Source of the DNA: an uncultured Dehalococcoidia bacterium | GTDB lineage: Bacteria > Chloroflexota > Dehalococcoidia > Bin125 | Assembly: GCA_958295515.1 (NCBI GenBank) | Contig: CATQGW010000001.1 | Coordinates: 580,923-644,922 of the forward strand | Length of the DNA: 64,000 bases | Reading direction: 5' to 3' | In this document: positions 1 to 11,835 of the stretch, piece after piece | Layout: each line of letters starts with the position of its first letter | Position numbering within the stretch: the first letter of the stretch is position 1 | Notes under the pieces: model-generated | The model's database searches: none | Told to the model about the DNA's origin: nothing | The model's input: only the letters and a program-made list of their open reading frames with translations | Position numbers and translations under genes: made by a program

Positions 1-29
1 GCGCTGACCGCGCGCGCTACCATCCCCGC

Positions 30-407
30 ATGGTCACCTACGACAGACTCCCGATGCGCGATGTGCTCGTCAACCGTCTGGGCTGGACGGAGGAAGACGC
101 CTACGCATTCCTCGAAGCGCTCGCAGCCCCCACGGAGCACTTGGCCACGAAAGACGACATCGCCGCGCTCCGAGCAGAGATCGCTGTCGTGCGCGTCGAG
201 CTCAGGGAAGAATTGGGAACGGCGGTTGAGCAGCTCAAGGAGTACATCAACGAACGCCTGGCTGCTCTCGAACAGCTCCAGAATGAGCGCGATCACGGCA
301 TGCGCATGGAATTCCGAGCGGCGCTCCGCAGCCTCGAGCTGCGGATGGTCCTGTTTACCGCCGGCGTGGGCGGCGCGATCATCGGCGTGATCATCGCCCG
401 CACCTGA
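30..407 (+). CDS. Small coiled-coil protein with C-terminal TM helix (DUF1640/CCDC90-like)
   Basis: LATKDDIAALRAEI motif, heptad-rich middle, hydrophobic C-terminus; TACCAT 6 nt before the ATG. Confidence 0.65.
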   Translation: MVTYDRLPMRDVLVNRLGWTEEDAYAFLEALAAPTEHLATKDDIAALRAEIAVVRVELREELGTAVEQLKEYINERLAALEQLQNERDHGMRMEFRAALRSLELRMVLFTAGVGGAIIGVIIART

Positions 408-418
408 GGACGCTCCCG

Positions 419-3400
419 CTAGTTCGTCAGCCGCAGCTCCCGGTTCAGCTCCAGGTTCAGATACCACCGCCAGGTCGCCAGCACCCCCAGCAACAGCACC
501 GCGATCAGCGCCCCGAAGGCGACCCCCAGAATCTGCCAATCGGTCTCGATCACGAACGGCGGCAGCACCTCCCGACCCGCCTCGTCGAACTCCAGATAGG
601 CCAGCAGCAACTGCGAGATGCGGTTGCCCAGCAGCACCCCCAGCGCCAGACCGCTGCCCACGATCAGCACGTACTCCAGCAGCACCTGCACCAGAATCGA
701 TAGGTTGCCCACCCCCACCGTGCGCAGCAGCGCCATCTCCAGCCGGCGTTGCCGCGCCGACACCGCCATCGAGACCAGGAAGGCCAGCGCCAGCAGCACG
801 CTGATCGCGATAAACGCCACCAGCAGAATCCCGCTGCCGCCCGCCGTCGTCAGCGGATCGCGCCCCTGCTCGTAGAGCCGCTCCTCCAAATCGCTCCAGT
901 CGCGCAGCGAATAGCGCGGCCGCTGCAGCTCCGCCATCGTCGCCGCCAGCTGCTCCGGATCGTCCGTCAGATCCAGCCAGACCTCCGTCGGTCCCACGCT
1001 GGGCCGCAGCGCCGTCACCGCGCTCAGATGGAACAGCGCGTCGTAATCGGCCACGATGAACGAATTCTCGTCCGGGCGCAGTGTCGGGAATAGCGCCACA
1101 ATCGCCGCCACCCGCCCGCGCACGATCATCGCGTCCATCCGCACCGTGAAACGATCCCCCACCTCCAGCAGCTGCCGCTCGGCAAAGTCCGCGCTGATGA
1201 TCATCGGCACCGTGCAGCGCTGGCCCGAGCAGATCGAGGGATCCGCGAAGTGCGCCGCGCGCAGCCCCGGACTCTGCCCGATGCCCGGCGTGAACTCCAT
1301 CACGTAAGCGCCGCTGACCGCGTCCTCCGCCTCGCTGAACACCAGCTGGTCGTCCGCCTCCCGCCGCTGCCGGAAGCGCGCCCAGCTGGCATCCTCGAAA
1401 TCCTCCACGATCAACTCGCGCCCGTCCGCCTGAATCGCCGTCACCGCGTCGAAGCGCACCACCGACGGCTCCGAGACGAACACCCCGAACGGCTCGCTCA
1501 TCACAATCGAATGCAGCGTGTAGGGCGCCACCGCGCCCGCCCCGACCACCTGCCGGCTGAACTCCACATCGATCGGCGTCCAGCCCAGCTCCGGCTCAGG
1601 CACCTCAATCTGCCCCGCCGTGAAATAGCGCCCGTTGCCGTCTCGGATCCGCACCCAGATCGTCTGATCACTCTCCCCCTCGGTCAGATCCACCCAGATG
1701 CGCAGCGTCTCCGTGTTGTCCGGAATGCCCACCCCCCGACCGGTCGGCGGCACATCGATCAGCCGGATCAGATCGTCGAAGGCCAACTCCGAGAGGTCGT
1801 CGCGGAACCAGAGCATCTCCCGCGCGTCGCGCGGCTCCACCGCCAGCAGGTTCACCGCCGAGGCTGTGCCCACGCTGCGCCCCGCCGCCACGCCCGAACG
1901 GTGCGTCACGCTGAGATGCTCAACCCCTTCAATCTCCCCCAGCCGACGATGCACCCCGCTCGGCGTGCTGTAGGCCCCGTCGCCCAGCTGCACGCGGTGC
2001 TCCACGCCGGAGTCGTACTGAATCCGTTCAGTCAGCGAGCGATCCACCGTATCCGCATAGGACGCCGCAAACGTGCCCAGCGCCGCGCCCAACATCAGCA
2101 AAATCGTCAGCCGCGCCGCCGGCCCCACCGTCCGCGAGACGTAGCGCAGCGTCGCCGCAATCGAGAGCGGGAAGCGGTCATACGTGACCCAGGCCACGAA
2201 GCGGTAGAGCCACGGCAAAATACGCAAAATCACCAGCGCCGCCGCCAGCGCGAACAGAATCGGCGTGCTCAGCAGCAGCGGATCCGCCGAGAGCCCGCCC
2301 ACGCTGTTGCGCTCGAACACCGTGCCCCGCAAATCCGCCTCAAAAATCAAACCCACCGCGACCAGCACCAGCGCCACATCGAGGTAGTAGCGCTGTAGCG
2401 CGTTCTGCGTGACCGGCCGCGTCAGCCCCCGCAGCCGCTCCGAGAGCACCCGCGTGCGGCTCGCCATAACCAACGGCACCAGCATGAAGACCACCGCCAC
2501 GATCGCCCCCGCCGCAGCCAGCAGGAAGGCGTCATCGGTCAGCGTCACGTTGATCGGCTTGCCGCCGGTCAGCGGCTCGAAGATGCCCGTGTAGCCCAGC
2601 AAGCTGATCACCCCCGCCGCGATCAGCGGTCCGATGATCGCCGAAACAATCGCCAGCACCAGCCCCTCGATCGCCGTCAGCCCCAGCACCTGCCCAAGCG
2701 ACGCCCCGCGGCTGCGCATCGAGAACAACTCCTCGCGCCGCTGCGCCACCAGCACCCCCGAGACCACCACGATGTAGAACAGCGCGATCCCCACAATCTG
2801 CGCCAGCAGCAGCAAAATCGGCGCGCGCGCAAACGAAAGATCGCGCGTGAACTCGTCCAGCCGCGGCTCGATCGGGCTCAGCACCGTGCCGCCCATCGTG
2901 CGCAGATCGGCGCGCAGCAGGTCGAACATCGCCTGCGTGTCCGCCAGCACCGCCACATTCAGCTGATCCGTATCGATCTCGCTGATCCAGGCAGTGCTGG
3001 CCGGATATTGCCCAATCAGGTCGACCAGATATTGATCGAAGGTGGTTGTCGAGACCAGCAGCGGAATCACCTGCGCGCGCGGTGTGCCGGTGTAGATCGG
3101 TCCGCTGATGCGGCGCGGCACCCGCGACCAGAAGGGACTCTCGTAATCATCGGGGCGCACGATCGCCGTGACCACGACCGGCATCACCCGCTCAACCTGC
3201 AGCGTCGGCTGGCAGGGTGGGCGCGGCGGCGGCGGCGGTCCGCCCGGCGGCGGATCCGGCTCGCGGTCGCATTCATCGAACCCGTCGCGGATGTTGAAGC
3301 GCTGCCCCGGTTCGATCCCGTAGGCCCGTGCCACCACCGCCGGCACCGCCACCTGTAGCGGCTCGCGCAGCTGCGCACCCCGCAGCCCCTCATTCTGCTC

Positions 3401-3853
3401 CAGCTGCGGCGGGAAGGGCAGCCGGCCCGCGATCACCTCCACCTGATCAAACGCTCCCTCCAGCGCGGCGAACATCCCGAACGGCTGCTCCTGCGTACCC
3501 GACCGCGGCGCCTGATCCGTCCCCATCGGAATCGTCGCGATATAGCGCCGCCGCCCCGACTCCAACTCGCCGAAGCGCTCCGAGACGCTCTGCTCGACGT
3601 ACTCCCGCGCCGCGAAATTCGCCCCGCCGCTCAGCGGCGTGTTGTTCAGAACCGCGAACGACTGGCGGCGATCCTCCAGCTGGTTGCGCAGCGTCACCGT
3701 CAACGACAGGTCCGACACCGCCCGCGTGTAAATCGAGGTCGCCGCCATCAGAATCGCGGCCACCAGAATGCCCGCCGCGATCACCAGCTGGAAACGCCAA
3801 CTGTCGCGCATCCGGCGATAGACGAACGCAAGCACCACCGCGGGGGTTTCCAC
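419..3853 (-). CDS. Large FtsX/MacB-like ABC transporter permease
   Basis: 1144 aa; two permease repeats (RREELFSMRSRGAS; RRLEMALLRTVGV) with large extracytoplasmic domains; GTG start preceded by GGAG. Confidence 0.85.
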   Translation of the reverse strand: METPAVVLAFVYRRMRDSWRFQLVIAAGILVAAILMAATSIYTRAVSDLSLTVTLRNQLEDRRQSFAVLNNTPLSGGANFAAREYVEQSVSERFGELESGRRRYIATIPMGTDQAPRSGTQEQPFGMFAALEGAFDQVEVIAGRLPFPPQLEQNEGLRGAQLREPLQVAVPAVVARAYGIEPGQRFNIRDGFDECDREPDPPPGGPPPPPRPPCQPTLQVERVMPVVVTAIVRPDDYESPFWSRVPRRISGPIYTGTPRAQVIPLLVSTTTFDQYLVDLIGQYPASTAWISEIDTDQLNVAVLADTQAMFDLLRADLRTMGGTVLSPIEPRLDEFTRDLSFARAPILLLLAQIVGIALFYIVVVSGVLVAQRREELFSMRSRGASLGQVLGLTAIEGLVLAIVSAIIGPLIAAGVISLLGYTGIFEPLTGGKPINVTLTDDAFLLAAAGAIVAVVFMLVPLVMASRTRVLSERLRGLTRPVTQNALQRYYLDVALVLVAVGLIFEADLRGTVFERNSVGGLSADPLLLSTPILFALAAALVILRILPWLYRFVAWVTYDRFPLSIAATLRYVSRTVGPAARLTILLMLGAALGTFAASYADTVDRSLTERIQYDSGVEHRVQLGDGAYSTPSGVHRRLGEIEGVEHLSVTHRSGVAAGRSVGTASAVNLLAVEPRDAREMLWFRDDLSELAFDDLIRLIDVPPTGRGVGIPDNTETLRIWVDLTEGESDQTIWVRIRDGNGRYFTAGQIEVPEPELGWTPIDVEFSRQVVGAGAVAPYTLHSIVMSEPFGVFVSEPSVVRFDAVTAIQADGRELIVEDFEDASWARFRQRREADDQLVFSEAEDAVSGAYVMEFTPGIGQSPGLRAAHFADPSICSGQRCTVPMIISADFAERQLLEVGDRFTVRMDAMIVRGRVAAIVALFPTLRPDENSFIVADYDALFHLSAVTALRPSVGPTEVWLDLTDDPEQLAATMAELQRPRYSLRDWSDLEERLYEQGRDPLTTAGGSGILLVAFIAISVLLALAFLVSMAVSARQRRLEMALLRTVGVGNLSILVQVLLEYVLIVGSGLALGVLLGNRISQLLLAYLEFDEAGREVLPPFVIETDWQILGVAFGALIAVLLLGVLATWRWYLNLELNRELRLTN

Positions 3854-3983
3854 CTGGCTACGCTCCGCCCGCCGCCCCGTTGGTTCGGCTCATATTTCGG
3901 TGGGGCTTGTAGTCTACGTACAGCCTGCCCGACGATCATCGCTGCCGCCTCTGCGGCTGCGCTGTGTCTGTGAAACGCCGCCC

Positions 3984-6900
3984 ATGCTGAGTGCCTTCCC
4001 CACGGCGCTGCGGATCGCCATTCGCCGCCTCAACGGCAACCGCAGGCTCATGGCCGCCGTCGCCATCGGCGTCATCCTCGCCGTCGCCCTCATGGCCAGC
4101 ACCGTCATCTACCGCGGCGCGTTGCGCCAACTCGGCCTCCAGACCGACCTCAGCCGCGTGCCCGACGCCGAACTCGATGTGCGCATCCTCAACTCCGCCC
4201 ACGGCCTCGCCCGCGGGCTGGCCGACGAATCGTTCGACACCATCGACCGCCGCATGCGCCTCCCCCGCGAATACATCGGCGAAACCGTCCACTCGCTCAC
4301 CTCCGCCACCTTCTTCATGACCGAGGTGGGCCAAATTCCGCCCGAGCAGGACCCCCGCGACCGCGGGCGCGTCCTCTACTTCGAAGGCGTGCAGGACAAG
4401 ATCGAGCTGGTCGCCGGACGCTGGCCCAACTTCGGCGGCGCAGCCACCCCAGACGCGCCGCCCACGGTCGAGGTCGCGATCGGCCAACGCGCCGCCGAGT
4501 CCGGCGGCTTCGAGTTGGGCACCCGACGCGCCATCCACCCCTCCTGGCAGGACGACACCGAGCCAATCACGATCGAAGTGGTCGGCATCGTTACCCCCAT
4601 CGACTACACCGAACGCTATTGGGGCGTGCGCCGCGATCACTTCCATGTACCGACCGAGACGACCGACGCCTTCGCCTTCTTCGCCCCCCGCGAGACGCTG
4701 ATCGACACGATGGCCGGCTACCTGCCAACCCTGCGCGCACGCCTCGAAGTGCTCGCCATGGTCGACCGCCAGGCCTTCACCTCCGACATGGCCGGCGACG
4801 CCGCCCTGCGCTTCCGCGGCGCCTTCGAGGCGATCACCAAGGAAATCGACCGCACCCGCGTCGAAACCGAAATCGTCAAAACCCTGGACGCCTACGAAAC
4901 CAAAGAGTTCTTCTCCTCAATCCCCCTGCTGGTGCTCACCTTGCAGATCGTCGGCATCGTGCTCTTCTACCTCGTGCTTGTCTCAACGATGGTGGTCGAG
5001 CGCCAGTCGGCCGAGGTGGCGCTGCTCAAGAGCCGCGGCGCCGGCCTCTGGCACATCATGACCATCTCCGCCCTCGAAGGGCTGCTGCTCGTCGCGCTCG
5101 GACTCGGGCTGGGTCCACTGGTCGCCCAGGAGGCGATCGCCCTGCTCGGCTTCGCGCCCGCCTTCGACGGCCTCACCGGCGGCGCGCGCCTCAGCGTCGA
5201 ACTGACCGGCGAGACCTACATCTGGGCCGGCGGCGGCGCGCTGCTCTCCTTCATCGCCCTGCTCTGGCCCGCCTGGCGCTCCAACCGCGCCACCGTCGTC
5301 CACTACGTCCGCTCCACCTCCCGCCCACAGGACAAACCCGCCTTCCAGCGCTACTACCTCGACCTCGTCGTGGTCGGCGTCGGCGCGCTGCTCTTCTTCC
5401 AGCTGCAAGACTCCGGCTCGCTCGTCACCGAAGACCTCTTCGGCGGCCTCGACCAGGACCCGCTCCTCCTCATCGCTCCCGCCGTCTTCGTCGTCACCAT
5501 CGCCGTCCTCTTCCTCCGACTCTTCCCCATCATGCTCTCCGCCTTCGCCTGGATCGCCCGCCAGATCGGCGGCGCTTCAATGCAGATGGTGCTCTGGCAC
5601 CTGACCCGCGCCCCCGTACAACCCGGACGCCTCGCCCTCCTGCTGATCATGGCCACCAGCCTGGGCATGTTCGGCGGCACCTTCGGCGCAACCCTCGACC
5701 GCTCCTTTGACGACCGCGCCGCCTACGAGTCCGGCGCCGCCCTGCGCCTCGCCGACATCCGCTCCGGCGGCGCCTCCGCCCAGATGCTCGAAGCCGACCT
5801 CGCCGACGCCCCAGGCATCGCCGCCATGACACCCGTCGTCCGCGCCAACGGCAGCTACACCCGCGGCGTGCTCGATGTCACCGACGCCACCGTCCTTGCC
5901 GTCGACCCCGAATCGTTCGGCGATGTGCTCTGGTACCGCGACGACTTCGCCCTCGACGGGATCGACGATCTGCTCGCCAAGCTCGAAGCGCCGCAGGTCG
6001 AAATCCCCGAGTTGCTCGTCCCCGCCGACGCCCGCTACGTCGGCCTCTGGATGTGGCTGCCCGACTCGCGCGGCGCGCTCTCCCCCACCATCCGGATCAA
6101 GAACGCCGAAGGCCGCTACCGCGACCTCAACCTGGAGGGACTGCCGCGCGGGCGCGGCTTCGGCGGCGGACCGATTGAGCAGGGCTGGCGCTTCCTCGCC
6201 GGCGATCTGCAGAGCAGCCCCGGCGGCAGCGGTACGGGCCCCTGGCAGGTGCTCGCGATCGGCGTGCGCGCCTCCGGCTTCAGCGCCTTCTCCGGCAACA
6301 TCGTCTACGACGAACTGCAATACAGCGCCGCCACGGCGCTGCCCGAAGACTGGAGCGAAAACGGCTTCAGCGACGGCGTCGTAATCGAAGGCTTCGAGAC
6401 CCAGGGGCGCTGGACCGTCTTCTCCGACATCATCCGCGAGGACTGGCCAGACGACGCGCGGCTCGACGACTCCAACGTCTACGGCGGCGAAACGGCGATG
6501 CGCTACCGCTGGAGCCAGGACATTCGCGCCGGCATCCCGCGCGGTGTGCGCCTCGCCGGTCCCGAAATCCCCCTGCCCGTCGTCGTCAGCCTCGACTTCC
6601 TCGAAGAGGCGGCCCTGGAAGTCGGCTCGATCGTCAAGATCGGCGTCGCCAACATCTTCGTCCCCATCCAAATCGTCGGCTCCTTCGACCTCTTCCCCAC
6701 TTGGGACCCGGCCGGCGGACGTTCACTGCTCCTGGCCGACCGCGAGTATCTCGATTACCGCGTCAACCGCAACCCCACCAGCGGCGGCGCGCTCGCCCCC
6801 AGCGAAATCTGGGTCCGCCCCACCGACGACGACGGCCTCCAGGAGCTGCGCAGCTACCTCGAACTCTCCCCACCCTGGCTCCACACCCCCTGGGACGTCC

Positions 6901-7370
6901 AGGCAATCCGCAGCCTGCAGGACGAAGACCCGCTCGTCGCCGCCGGCTGGGAAGGCCTGCTCTTCATCACCTTCATCGCCATCGTCCTGCTCAGCGCCCT
7001 CGGCTTCCTCGTCGCCTCAGTACTCGTCGCCCAACAGCAGCAGGGCGAGTTCGCCGTCCTCCGCACCATGGGCTTCTCCACCCGCCAGGTCCTGATCGTC
7101 GTCGGCCTCGAAAAGCTCCTCATCATCTTCGTCTCCATGGCCATCGGCACCCTGCTCGGCCTCCAGCTGGGCGTGATGATGCTCGAATTCGTCGGCTTCG
7201 TCGAAACCGGCGAAGCCCTCCTCCCGCCCTTCGTCACCGTCACCGACTGGGCCACCATCGGCGGCGCCTACGGCGTGCTCGGGCTCGTCTTCCTCGGCGC
7301 AATCGCAATCATCGTCGGCATCTACATGCGCATGGCCATCGGCCAAATCCTCCGCATCGGCACCGAGTAA
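3984..7370 (+). CDS. Large FtsX/MacB-like ABC transporter permease, paralogue of the divergent gene
   Basis: EVALLKSRGA and EFAVLRTMGFS repeats; shares QRYYLD and DPLLL motifs with 419-3853; start moved to ATG 3984 (MLSAF). Confidence 0.85.
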   Translation: MLSAFPTALRIAIRRLNGNRRLMAAVAIGVILAVALMASTVIYRGALRQLGLQTDLSRVPDAELDVRILNSAHGLARGLADESFDTIDRRMRLPREYIGETVHSLTSATFFMTEVGQIPPEQDPRDRGRVLYFEGVQDKIELVAGRWPNFGGAATPDAPPTVEVAIGQRAAESGGFELGTRRAIHPSWQDDTEPITIEVVGIVTPIDYTERYWGVRRDHFHVPTETTDAFAFFAPRETLIDTMAGYLPTLRARLEVLAMVDRQAFTSDMAGDAALRFRGAFEAITKEIDRTRVETEIVKTLDAYETKEFFSSIPLLVLTLQIVGIVLFYLVLVSTMVVERQSAEVALLKSRGAGLWHIMTISALEGLLLVALGLGLGPLVAQEAIALLGFAPAFDGLTGGARLSVELTGETYIWAGGGALLSFIALLWPAWRSNRATVVHYVRSTSRPQDKPAFQRYYLDLVVVGVGALLFFQLQDSGSLVTEDLFGGLDQDPLLLIAPAVFVVTIAVLFLRLFPIMLSAFAWIARQIGGASMQMVLWHLTRAPVQPGRLALLLIMATSLGMFGGTFGATLDRSFDDRAAYESGAALRLADIRSGGASAQMLEADLADAPGIAAMTPVVRANGSYTRGVLDVTDATVLAVDPESFGDVLWYRDDFALDGIDDLLAKLEAPQVEIPELLVPADARYVGLWMWLPDSRGALSPTIRIKNAEGRYRDLNLEGLPRGRGFGGGPIEQGWRFLAGDLQSSPGGSGTGPWQVLAIGVRASGFSAFSGNIVYDELQYSAATALPEDWSENGFSDGVVIEGFETQGRWTVFSDIIREDWPDDARLDDSNVYGGETAMRYRWSQDIRAGIPRGVRLAGPEIPLPVVVSLDFLEEAALEVGSIVKIGVANIFVPIQIVGSFDLFPTWDPAGGRSLLLADREYLDYRVNRNPTSGGALAPSEIWVRPTDDDGLQELRSYLELSPPWLHTPWDVQAIRSLQDEDPLVAAGWEGLLFITFIAIVLLSALGFLVASVLVAQQQQGEFAVLRTMGFSTRQVLIVVGLEKLLIIFVSMAIGTLLGLQLGVMMLEFVGFVETGEALLPPFVTVTDWATIGGAYGVLGLVFLGAIAIIVGIYMRMAIGQILRIGTE

Positions 7371-7410
7371 GCGTCAGTCGCCGCTCATCCGACGCGGCTG
7401 AGGCGGCCGT

Positions 7411-8700
7411 TTACCTCGTCGCAACCAGCTCGCCGGCCTCTTCCATGGCCCCGCCCTCGCGGAAGACGGAGCGCAGCCGCGGCATCGCGCCCGCCCAGAG
7501 CAGCAGCGCAACCACGAAAATCACCCCCGGCACGGTGATCAGGACGCGCACCCCAATGAAGTCGGAGGCGAGGCCGTTGGCCAAAATCATCACCGCCATG
7601 ATCCCCCCGGCGACCATCGCGTAGATCGCAATGATCCGCCCACGAATCGCGTCCGGCACCACGGCCTGAATCATCACCGTCGTCAGCGCCATGAACATCG
7701 CCTGGCTGGCTCCGGCCAGCGCTGCGCCGGCGATCGCCACCCCCAGCGAGGGCGCCAGCCCCAAAATCGGCAGCACCGCCCCCGAGAGCAGCCCCGTGAT
7801 CAGCAACAGCCGCCCCCGAATCGGACCATCCGGCACCATCGACAGCGCCACCGTCGCCACCAGCGCCCCTCCGCCCACGCCCATCAGCAGAAAGCCGTAC
7901 TCCGATGAACCGCCGCCCAACTCAACCTTCGCGAACACCACCAGCATCGCATCGAAAGCCATCGTCAGCATGCACTGCAACGCCGCCAGGCCGATCAGCA
8001 GCAGCACCGAACGCGCCTGGCCGAGATACTGCAAACCCTCCCGCAGGTTCCTCACCGCGTCGGAGAGCACGCTCGCGTTGGTCCCCACGATGCCGCCAGT
8101 CGAGCGGGTCTTGATCCGACTCATCTGGACGATCGACAGCACGAGGAAGACGGCGGCGATCACGAACACCCACTTGGCCCCGTATTCGGCGAGGATCGGT
8201 CCCGCCACGGGGCCAATCACGCGCGAGCCGAACTGCATCATCGAGGCCAGCGTGATCGCGCTGAGCAGCGCCGCCGCCTTGATCGTGTTGGGCAGCAGCG
8301 CCGCCTGCGCCGGCATCTCCGCCGAGCGCACGATGCCGGAGCAGGCCGTGATCAGCACCAGGTTCCACAGCGTGATCGTCTCCGTGAAGGCCAGCGCGGC
8401 CAGCGCCAGCGCGCAGACCGCCGCCCCGCCGCGCGAGATCATCACCACCCGCGCCCGGTCGTAGCGATCCGCCAGCGCGCCGCCGATCGGGGCCAACACC
8501 CAGGGGCCAATCGCGGCGAAATAGACCAGCCCCACTGCCCAGCCGCTGTTCGTGAGCTCCCCGGCCAGCCAGCCGCGCGCTGTAATTAGTGCCCACAGCG
8601 AAACCGCCGACAACCCCGCCGCCCAGAACAGACGGCGATAATCACGCGACTCCATCGCCGGGAACAGGCGGCGCAGCGTGGTGGTTGAGCGTTCGGCCAT
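7411..8700 (-). CDS. MFS transporter
   Basis: [13 protein letters not shown] motif A, about 12 hydrophobic segments. Confidence 0.9.
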   Translation of the reverse strand: MAERSTTTLRRLFPAMESRDYRRLFWAAGLSAVSLWALITARGWLAGELTNSGWAVGLVYFAAIGPWVLAPIGGALADRYDRARVVMISRGGAAVCALALAALAFTETITLWNLVLITACSGIVRSAEMPAQAALLPNTIKAAALLSAITLASMMQFGSRVIGPVAGPILAEYGAKWVFVIAAVFLVLSIVQMSRIKTRSTGGIVGTNASVLSDAVRNLREGLQYLGQARSVLLLIGLAALQCMLTMAFDAMLVVFAKVELGGGSSEYGFLLMGVGGGALVATVALSMVPDGPIRGRLLLITGLLSGAVLPILGLAPSLGVAIAGAALAGASQAMFMALTTVMIQAVVPDAIRGRIIAIYAMVAGGIMAVMILANGLASDFIGVRVLITVPGVIFVVALLLWAGAMPRLRSVFREGGAMEEAGELVATR

Positions 8701-8727
8701 TGCCCGCAGGCTAGCGCGTTCGCGCCC

Positions 8728-10032
8728 TCAGTCTCCGCCCCCGGCCGGAGCGGCCGCAGGCACGACCTCTGTGATCTCCCCATGGCGCACGATCGAGCGA
8801 ATCCGCGGCAGCCCGATCAGGAACAGGATCATCACACCGACGAAGATGACCCCCGGCACAACCGCGAACAGCCGCAGGTCCACATAGTCCGCCGCCAGAC
8901 TGCTCACCAATGCGCTCACCGACATGACCCCGCCGGCGAACATCGCATAGAGGCTCATCACCCGCCCGCGGATCGAATCGGGCACAACAGCCTGCACCAT
9001 CACGCTGGAGAGCGCCATGAACATCGCTGTGCTCGCCCCGGTGATCGCGCCCGTGGCGATCGCCAGCGGGAGCGTGCTGGTCAAGCCGAAGAGCGTGAGC
9101 GCCACACCCGACGTGAGCCCCACCACGAGCAGGATCCGTCCCCGAATCGCCCCACGGGGCACGGCCGAAAGCAAGACCGTCGCCACCAGCGCCCCGCCTC
9201 CGAAGCCCATCAGCAAGTATCCGAACTCGGTCGAGCCGCCGCCCAGCACCCGATCCGCGTAGGCCGGCAGCAGCGTCAGGTCGAACGCCATCGTCAGCAT
9301 GCAGTGCAGCGCCACCAGCCCAATCGTCAGCCGCACCATCGGCGCGCGCCCCAGGTACTGCAACCCGTCTCGAATGTTGTCCGCCGTCTCGCGCCAGATA
9401 CTCACGCCCGGGCGAGCTTCAATCCCTCCCGTCGATCGCACCGTCATCCGCATCATCTGCACGACCGAGAGCACGAGGATGATCGCCGCCCCAACGAAGA
9501 CCCAGCCCGCGCCGAGCTCGCTCAGCACCGGGCCCGCGACCGGCCCGATCACCTTCGAGCCGAACTGCATCATCGAGGCCAGCGTGATCGCGCTGAGCAG
9601 CGCTGCCCCCTTCACCGTGTTGGGCAGCAACGCGGCCTGCGCCGGCATCTCGCCGGAGCGGATGATGCCCGAAAGCACCGTGATCAGCACGAGATTCCAG
9701 AGCGCAATCGCCCCCGTGAACGCGAGAATCCCGAGTGCCAGTGCGGTGCAGGCCGCGCCGAGCCGGCAGATCATCACCACCCGCGCGCGGTCGTAGCGGT
9801 CCGCCAGCGCCCCGCCTAACGGCGCAAGCACCCACGGGCCGATCGCCGCGAACGTCACCACCCCGCTTGCCGATGCGCTGCCCGTCAGGTCGTAGGCGAT
9901 CCAGCCCCGCGCCGTGATCAGCGCCCACAGCGAAATCGCCGACAGCCCCGCCGCGTAGAACAGCTTGCGGTACTCCGACGACTCCATCGCCGGAAACAGC
10001 CGCCGCATCGTGCCGTCCCTTGTGCTGGCCAT
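8728..10032 (-). CDS. MFS transporter, tandem paralogue
   Basis: [10 protein letters not shown]; long identical stretches with 7411-8700 ([23 protein letters not shown]). Confidence 0.9.
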   Translation of the reverse strand: MASTRDGTMRRLFPAMESSEYRKLFYAAGLSAISLWALITARGWIAYDLTGSASASGVVTFAAIGPWVLAPLGGALADRYDRARVVMICRLGAACTALALGILAFTGAIALWNLVLITVLSGIIRSGEMPAQAALLPNTVKGAALLSAITLASMMQFGSKVIGPVAGPVLSELGAGWVFVGAAIILVLSVVQMMRMTVRSTGGIEARPGVSIWRETADNIRDGLQYLGRAPMVRLTIGLVALHCMLTMAFDLTLLPAYADRVLGGGSTEFGYLLMGFGGGALVATVLLSAVPRGAIRGRILLVVGLTSGVALTLFGLTSTLPLAIATGAITGASTAMFMALSSVMVQAVVPDSIRGRVMSLYAMFAGGVMSVSALVSSLAADYVDLRLFAVVPGVIFVGVMILFLIGLPRIRSIVRHGEITEVVPAAAPAGGGD

Positions 10033-10124
10033 TGCGGCAGCCTACGGCTTTTCGCTGCCCAACGTTTGCGCGCGATACCCTGCGGGCGGTGGACAGCGCC
10101 GATCACACTCCGAGGAGGGACGCC

Positions 10125-11801
10125 ATGGCAAGCGATCTGCGGCAACGAAGTTCTGTGCTGGTCGACGGGCCCAACCGCGCCGCGGCCCGCTCCCAACTGC
10201 ACTCCGTCGGCTTTATGCCCGAAGACCTGCGCCGCCCCCTGGTGATGGTCGCCCACTCCTGGATCGGCACGATGCCCTGCAACTTCTCACACCGCGAACT
10301 CGCGCAGGACGTGATGCAGGGCGTCCGCGAGGCCGGCGGCACCCCCATGGAAGTCAACACCGTCTCCATCTCCGACGGCATCACGATGGGCACCGAGGGC
10401 ATGAAAGCCTCGCTGATCTCGCGCGAGCTGATCACCGACTCGATCGAGCTCTGCGGCGTCGGCTACGCCTTCGACGCCGCCGTCGTGATCTGCGGCTGCG
10501 ACAAAACCATCCCCGCCGCCGCCATGGCCATGGCCCGGCTCAACATCCCCGCCGTCGCCCTCTACAGCGGCTCGATCGCCCCCGGACGCCACCACGACGG
10601 ACGCGACCTCACCATTCAGGACGTGTTCGAAGCCGTCGGCCAGCACGCCGCGGGCGCCATCGACGACGACGAGCTGGCCGCGATTGAGATGAACGCCTGC
10701 CCCGGCGCGGGCGCCTGCGGCGCGCAGTACACCGCCAACACCATGGCCACCGTGCTCGAATTCCTCGGCCTCTCCCCGATGGGCAGCGCCACCGTCGGCG
10801 CGACCGATTCCCGCAAAGGCGAGGTTGGGCGCGCCGCCGGCCGACTGGTCATGGATGTGCTCGAGCGCGGCGTCCGCCCGCGCGACCTGCTCACCAAAGA
10901 AGCCTTCGAAAACGGCATCGCCTGCGCCGCCTCCACTGGCGGCTCCACCAACGTCGTGCTCCACCTGCTCGCGCTCGCCCGCGAAGCCGGCATCGACCTC
11001 AGCATCGACGATTTCGACCGCGTCTCCGAAGCCACCCCGCTGATCGGCGACCTGCGCCCCGGCGGGCGCTACGTCGCGCTCGATATGGACCGCGCCGGCG
11101 GCACCCCCCTGCTCGCCAGCCGCCTGCTCGAACACGGCAAGCTGCACGGCGACCAAATGACCGTGACCGGCAAAACCATCGCCGAAGCCTGCGCCGACGC
11201 CGAAGAAACACCCGGCCAGGAGGTCATCCTCCCCGTGGAGCGAGCGCTCAAGGACACCGGCGGCCTCGTCATCCTCAAAGGTTCGCTCGCGCCCAACGGC
11301 TGCGTCGTCAAAGTCGCCGGCTACGAGCGCCAGCTACAGAGCGGCCCCGCCCGCGTCTTCGAGCGCGAGGAGGACGCCATGGCCGCCGTCACCGCCGGCC
11401 AGATCGTCGCCGGCGACATCGTCGTGATCCGCTACGAAGGCCCCCGAGGCGGCCCCGGCATGCGCGAAATGCTCGGCGTCACCGCTGCCCTCGTCGGCGC
11501 CGGACTCGGCGAAAGCGTCGCCCTGCTCACCGACGGACGCTTCTCCGGCGCCACCCGCGGCCTGATGGCTGGCCACGTCGCCCCCGAGGCCTACATCGGC
11601 GGCCCCATCGCCCTCGTCCAAGAGGGCGACCAAATCACCCTCGACATCAACAGCCGCCGCCTCGACCTCAACGTCGAAGAAGCCGAACTCGCCCAACGCC
11701 GCGCCGCCTGGAGCCCCCCCTCCCCCAACTACGACCACGGCGTCTTCGCCAAATACGCCCAACTGGTCACTGGCGCCGAACGCGGCGCCGTCACCAGCTG
11801 A
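10125..11801 (+). CDS. ilvD: Dihydroxy-acid dehydratase
   Basis: [25 protein letters not shown] and TDGRFSG motifs; GAGGAGG RBS before ATG 10125. Confidence 0.95.
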   Translation: MASDLRQRSSVLVDGPNRAAARSQLHSVGFMPEDLRRPLVMVAHSWIGTMPCNFSHRELAQDVMQGVREAGGTPMEVNTVSISDGITMGTEGMKASLISRELITDSIELCGVGYAFDAAVVICGCDKTIPAAAMAMARLNIPAVALYSGSIAPGRHHDGRDLTIQDVFEAVGQHAAGAIDDDELAAIEMNACPGAGACGAQYTANTMATVLEFLGLSPMGSATVGATDSRKGEVGRAAGRLVMDVLERGVRPRDLLTKEAFENGIACAASTGGSTNVVLHLLALAREAGIDLSIDDFDRVSEATPLIGDLRPGGRYVALDMDRAGGTPLLASRLLEHGKLHGDQMTVTGKTIAEACADAEETPGQEVILPVERALKDTGGLVILKGSLAPNGCVVKVAGYERQLQSGPARVFEREEDAMAAVTAGQIVAGDIVVIRYEGPRGGPGMREMLGVTAALVGAGLGESVALLTDGRFSGATRGLMAGHVAPEAYIGGPIALVQEGDQITLDINSRRLDLNVEEAELAQRRAAWSPPSPNYDHGVFAKYAQLVTGAERGAVTS

Positions 11802-11835
11802 CGGCGATAGACTGGCCTCGCACGGGAGTCCCGCC

